A DNA stretch of 32,064 bases, taken from NCBI GenBank assembly GCA_001724265.1, contig MEDY01000377.1, positions 1 through 32,064 of the forward strand. The letters run 5' to 3'. Under the pieces are notes generated by a model. It did not search any database. It was not told the DNA's origin and saw nothing but the letters and a program-made list of their open reading frames with translations. Made by a program: the position numbers and the translations under genes. Origin of the DNA: Rhizaria sp. SCN 62-66 (Eukaryota). Of the stretch, positions 31,501 to 32,064 are shown one piece after another. How positions within the stretch are numbered: position 1 is the first letter of the stretch; the number at the start of each line of letters is the position of its first letter.

Positions 31501-32064
31501 GCGGGCGGCCCCCGATGGCGCGCGTCGACCCGACGGGCGGGGAAATCCCCTACGTGTCCCCGACCGTCGCCGCCGCCGTCGCCGCGTCCATGGCGGCCGA
31601 CGTGGCTGCGGGCCGGACCGTCTCGGAGGAGTCGTCGCGCATCCTCGCCGCCGCCGTCGCAGGCCGCCTCGCGGCGCAGAAGCGCGCGGCAGAGAAGCGC
31701 CGCGACCTCAAGCGTCGCGCCGCCGCCCGCCAGCGCGAGGAGAAGGCTGCGGCCGCCGCCGCGGCCGCGGGGCTTGCCGGCGCGGACACCGCGCGCGCGC
31801 TCTCCGCCGCCGCGCTCTCCGCCGCCGCGCTCGATGACGCCGCCGCCGCCGCCGACGCGAGCCTGGGCGGTGAAGGCGGTGTGCCGCTGCCGGCCGACGC
31901 CGACGCCCTGGCCGTGGCCGCGCACGCCGCCGCCGCCGCCGCGCAGGCCGGGCCCTCCGCGATCGCTGCCGCCGCGGCTGCTGCAGCCGCTGCTGCGGCC
32001 GCCGCTGCCAACGGAGGCGACGTCGACGCCGCACTGCTGGCGCAGTACAACGGCGACCCCAGCG
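28600..32064 (+). CDS. polyQ/polyA/His-rich AT-hook protein (putative chromatin or transcription regulator), 3' end outside window, apparent frameshift near 31475
   Basis: ATG at 28600 (MSDNRPPTSMQLHP) opens a long frame missing from the supplied track. AT-hook-like motifs RRPKGRPTK (30379-30405), RRARGRPKK (30511-30537) and, in the shifted frame, KRRGRPP (31494-31514). Many CAG/CAA and GCN runs. One ambiguous base (N) at 30145. Confidence 0.8.
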   Translation, partial: MSDNRPPTSMQLHPAAGLESLGALNEAQAQQAAQQQAQAHAQAQAQAQAAAQQHHHHSGLVPPPPPPPAHQPFPPMMDALHVHPQSHFMLSGLGLDPAAAAAAAAAAAASAAMQQQHQQMQLQQHQVPPQLHQHQHHQVQHQVQHQVQQQQPQPLQPLHSHHAHHVPHAHAHGVVAHGHTHGHGHGVAPGLIYPPMPPVGPVGPVGPVGPVGPVAPGTLHGHPGHPSHPGHPAHAHLMHQHQHQSAAALQSAAAALQAQAQAAQAQAQAPLLVDSAGLGGYQTQAQAQQSQQQQQQQQQQAAAAAAAAATQSQQQQAQQSHQQQTQAAQAAVAAAVAATQQQAQQQQQQQQQQQDQNAAAVAAVAAAAAAASPVSVGNAGANEAAQQQQQQQQQQRKDGAAAGKDASDAAAAAAAAAAAAHAHAAAAVMGGVPAGLTAPGLGAAGLRLVGGPGLPPVAGGLVDPAQAAAMAAAAAAATPAARAAAAAAVAAMNKQQQQQQQQQQQAQQQQQQMHHXAAAAAAAAANQQQQQAQAQQQQLQQLAQAQAQVAQAQAQQAAQAQQQQGQTQAQQGAQQAAAAAAAAAAAAASLVNARRPKGRPTKEVSAALRQERLAQGLDPNPRLKQKLISNKLAEVGLRRARGRPKKDDAEAILNMINMGPQQQAQQPPGQGLLDSAAAAAIVAAANAASRGALGLSPTAAASPAAITAPADDSAAAVAAAAAAAAAAANGGLPGLGLGALPPPVHGHAHGHGPVTLAPPGTLTAAADADAADKVSQQGQAMTDGDSPAAAPSAAAAAAAKSVDAVTAAVAAVAAAAAAAQQQQQQQQQQAQGPSANSAAGAGSGDAAAAATHAAVSAAAAAAAAAAASMSQQQQQQQQQQQQGRLMMLSPVPVAVAQQQQQQQQQQGQPPAGLRRTTAATAQGPPGQLVSVVGGMHPSTGLVAAPPRGLVPSAAAAAAAPPSRAPSAAGGPRWRASTRRAGKSPTCPRPSPPPSPRPWRPTWLRAGPSRRSRRASSPPPSQAASRRRSARQRSAATSSVAPPPASARRRLRPPPRPRGLPARTPRARSPPPRSPPPRSMTPPPPPTRAWAVKAVCRCRPTPTPWPWPRTPPPPPRRPGPPRSLPPRLLQPLLRPPLPTEATSTPHCWRSTTATPA

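Noticed and set aside
28549-32050. Minus-strand poly-Leu/poly-Cys ORFs (767 aa, 556 aa and others)
   Set aside because: They are reverse complements of the CAG/GCC repeats in the plus-strand AT-hook gene.
1-32064. CRISPR arrays, rRNA/tRNA genes, transposase, reverse transcriptase or prokaryotic operons
   Set aside because: None were seen. The repeats are coding microsatellites and the gene structure is spliceosomal and eukaryotic.

Overview
Eukaryotic DNA, probably a protist; the taxon cannot be determined from this window. Exons are very GC-rich and Ala/Gln/Asn/Ser-rich, while introns and intergenic spacers are AT-rich. Manual splicing gives these genes in order: (1) a CD2BP2/U5-52K/Lin1-like gene, minus strand, 3' end outside the window; (2) a 5-exon BIG/Sec7-type large ARF-GEF, minus, about 2499 aa; (3) a 3-exon low-complexity/coiled-coil orphan, plus, about 1187 aa; (4) an AT-rich orphan ORF in a compositionally atypical island; (5) a 4-exon protein of about 3100 aa ending in an IBR-like segment plus a MYCBP2/PHR-type RING-Cys-relay (RCR) E3 module; (6) a 74-aa protein resembling RNA polymerase I A14; (7) a polyQ/polyA AT-hook protein running off the window, with one apparent frameshift. 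All ten confidently placed introns are GT-AG and 131-176 nt, and nine start GTACG. The best leads are the stand-alone RCR ligase with a greatly expanded mediator loop and altered acceptor pocket, the uniform GTACG intron class, and the AT-rich island. Most ORFs in the supplied track are antisense or off-frame shadows. Family assignments come from motif recognition from memory, not database searches.
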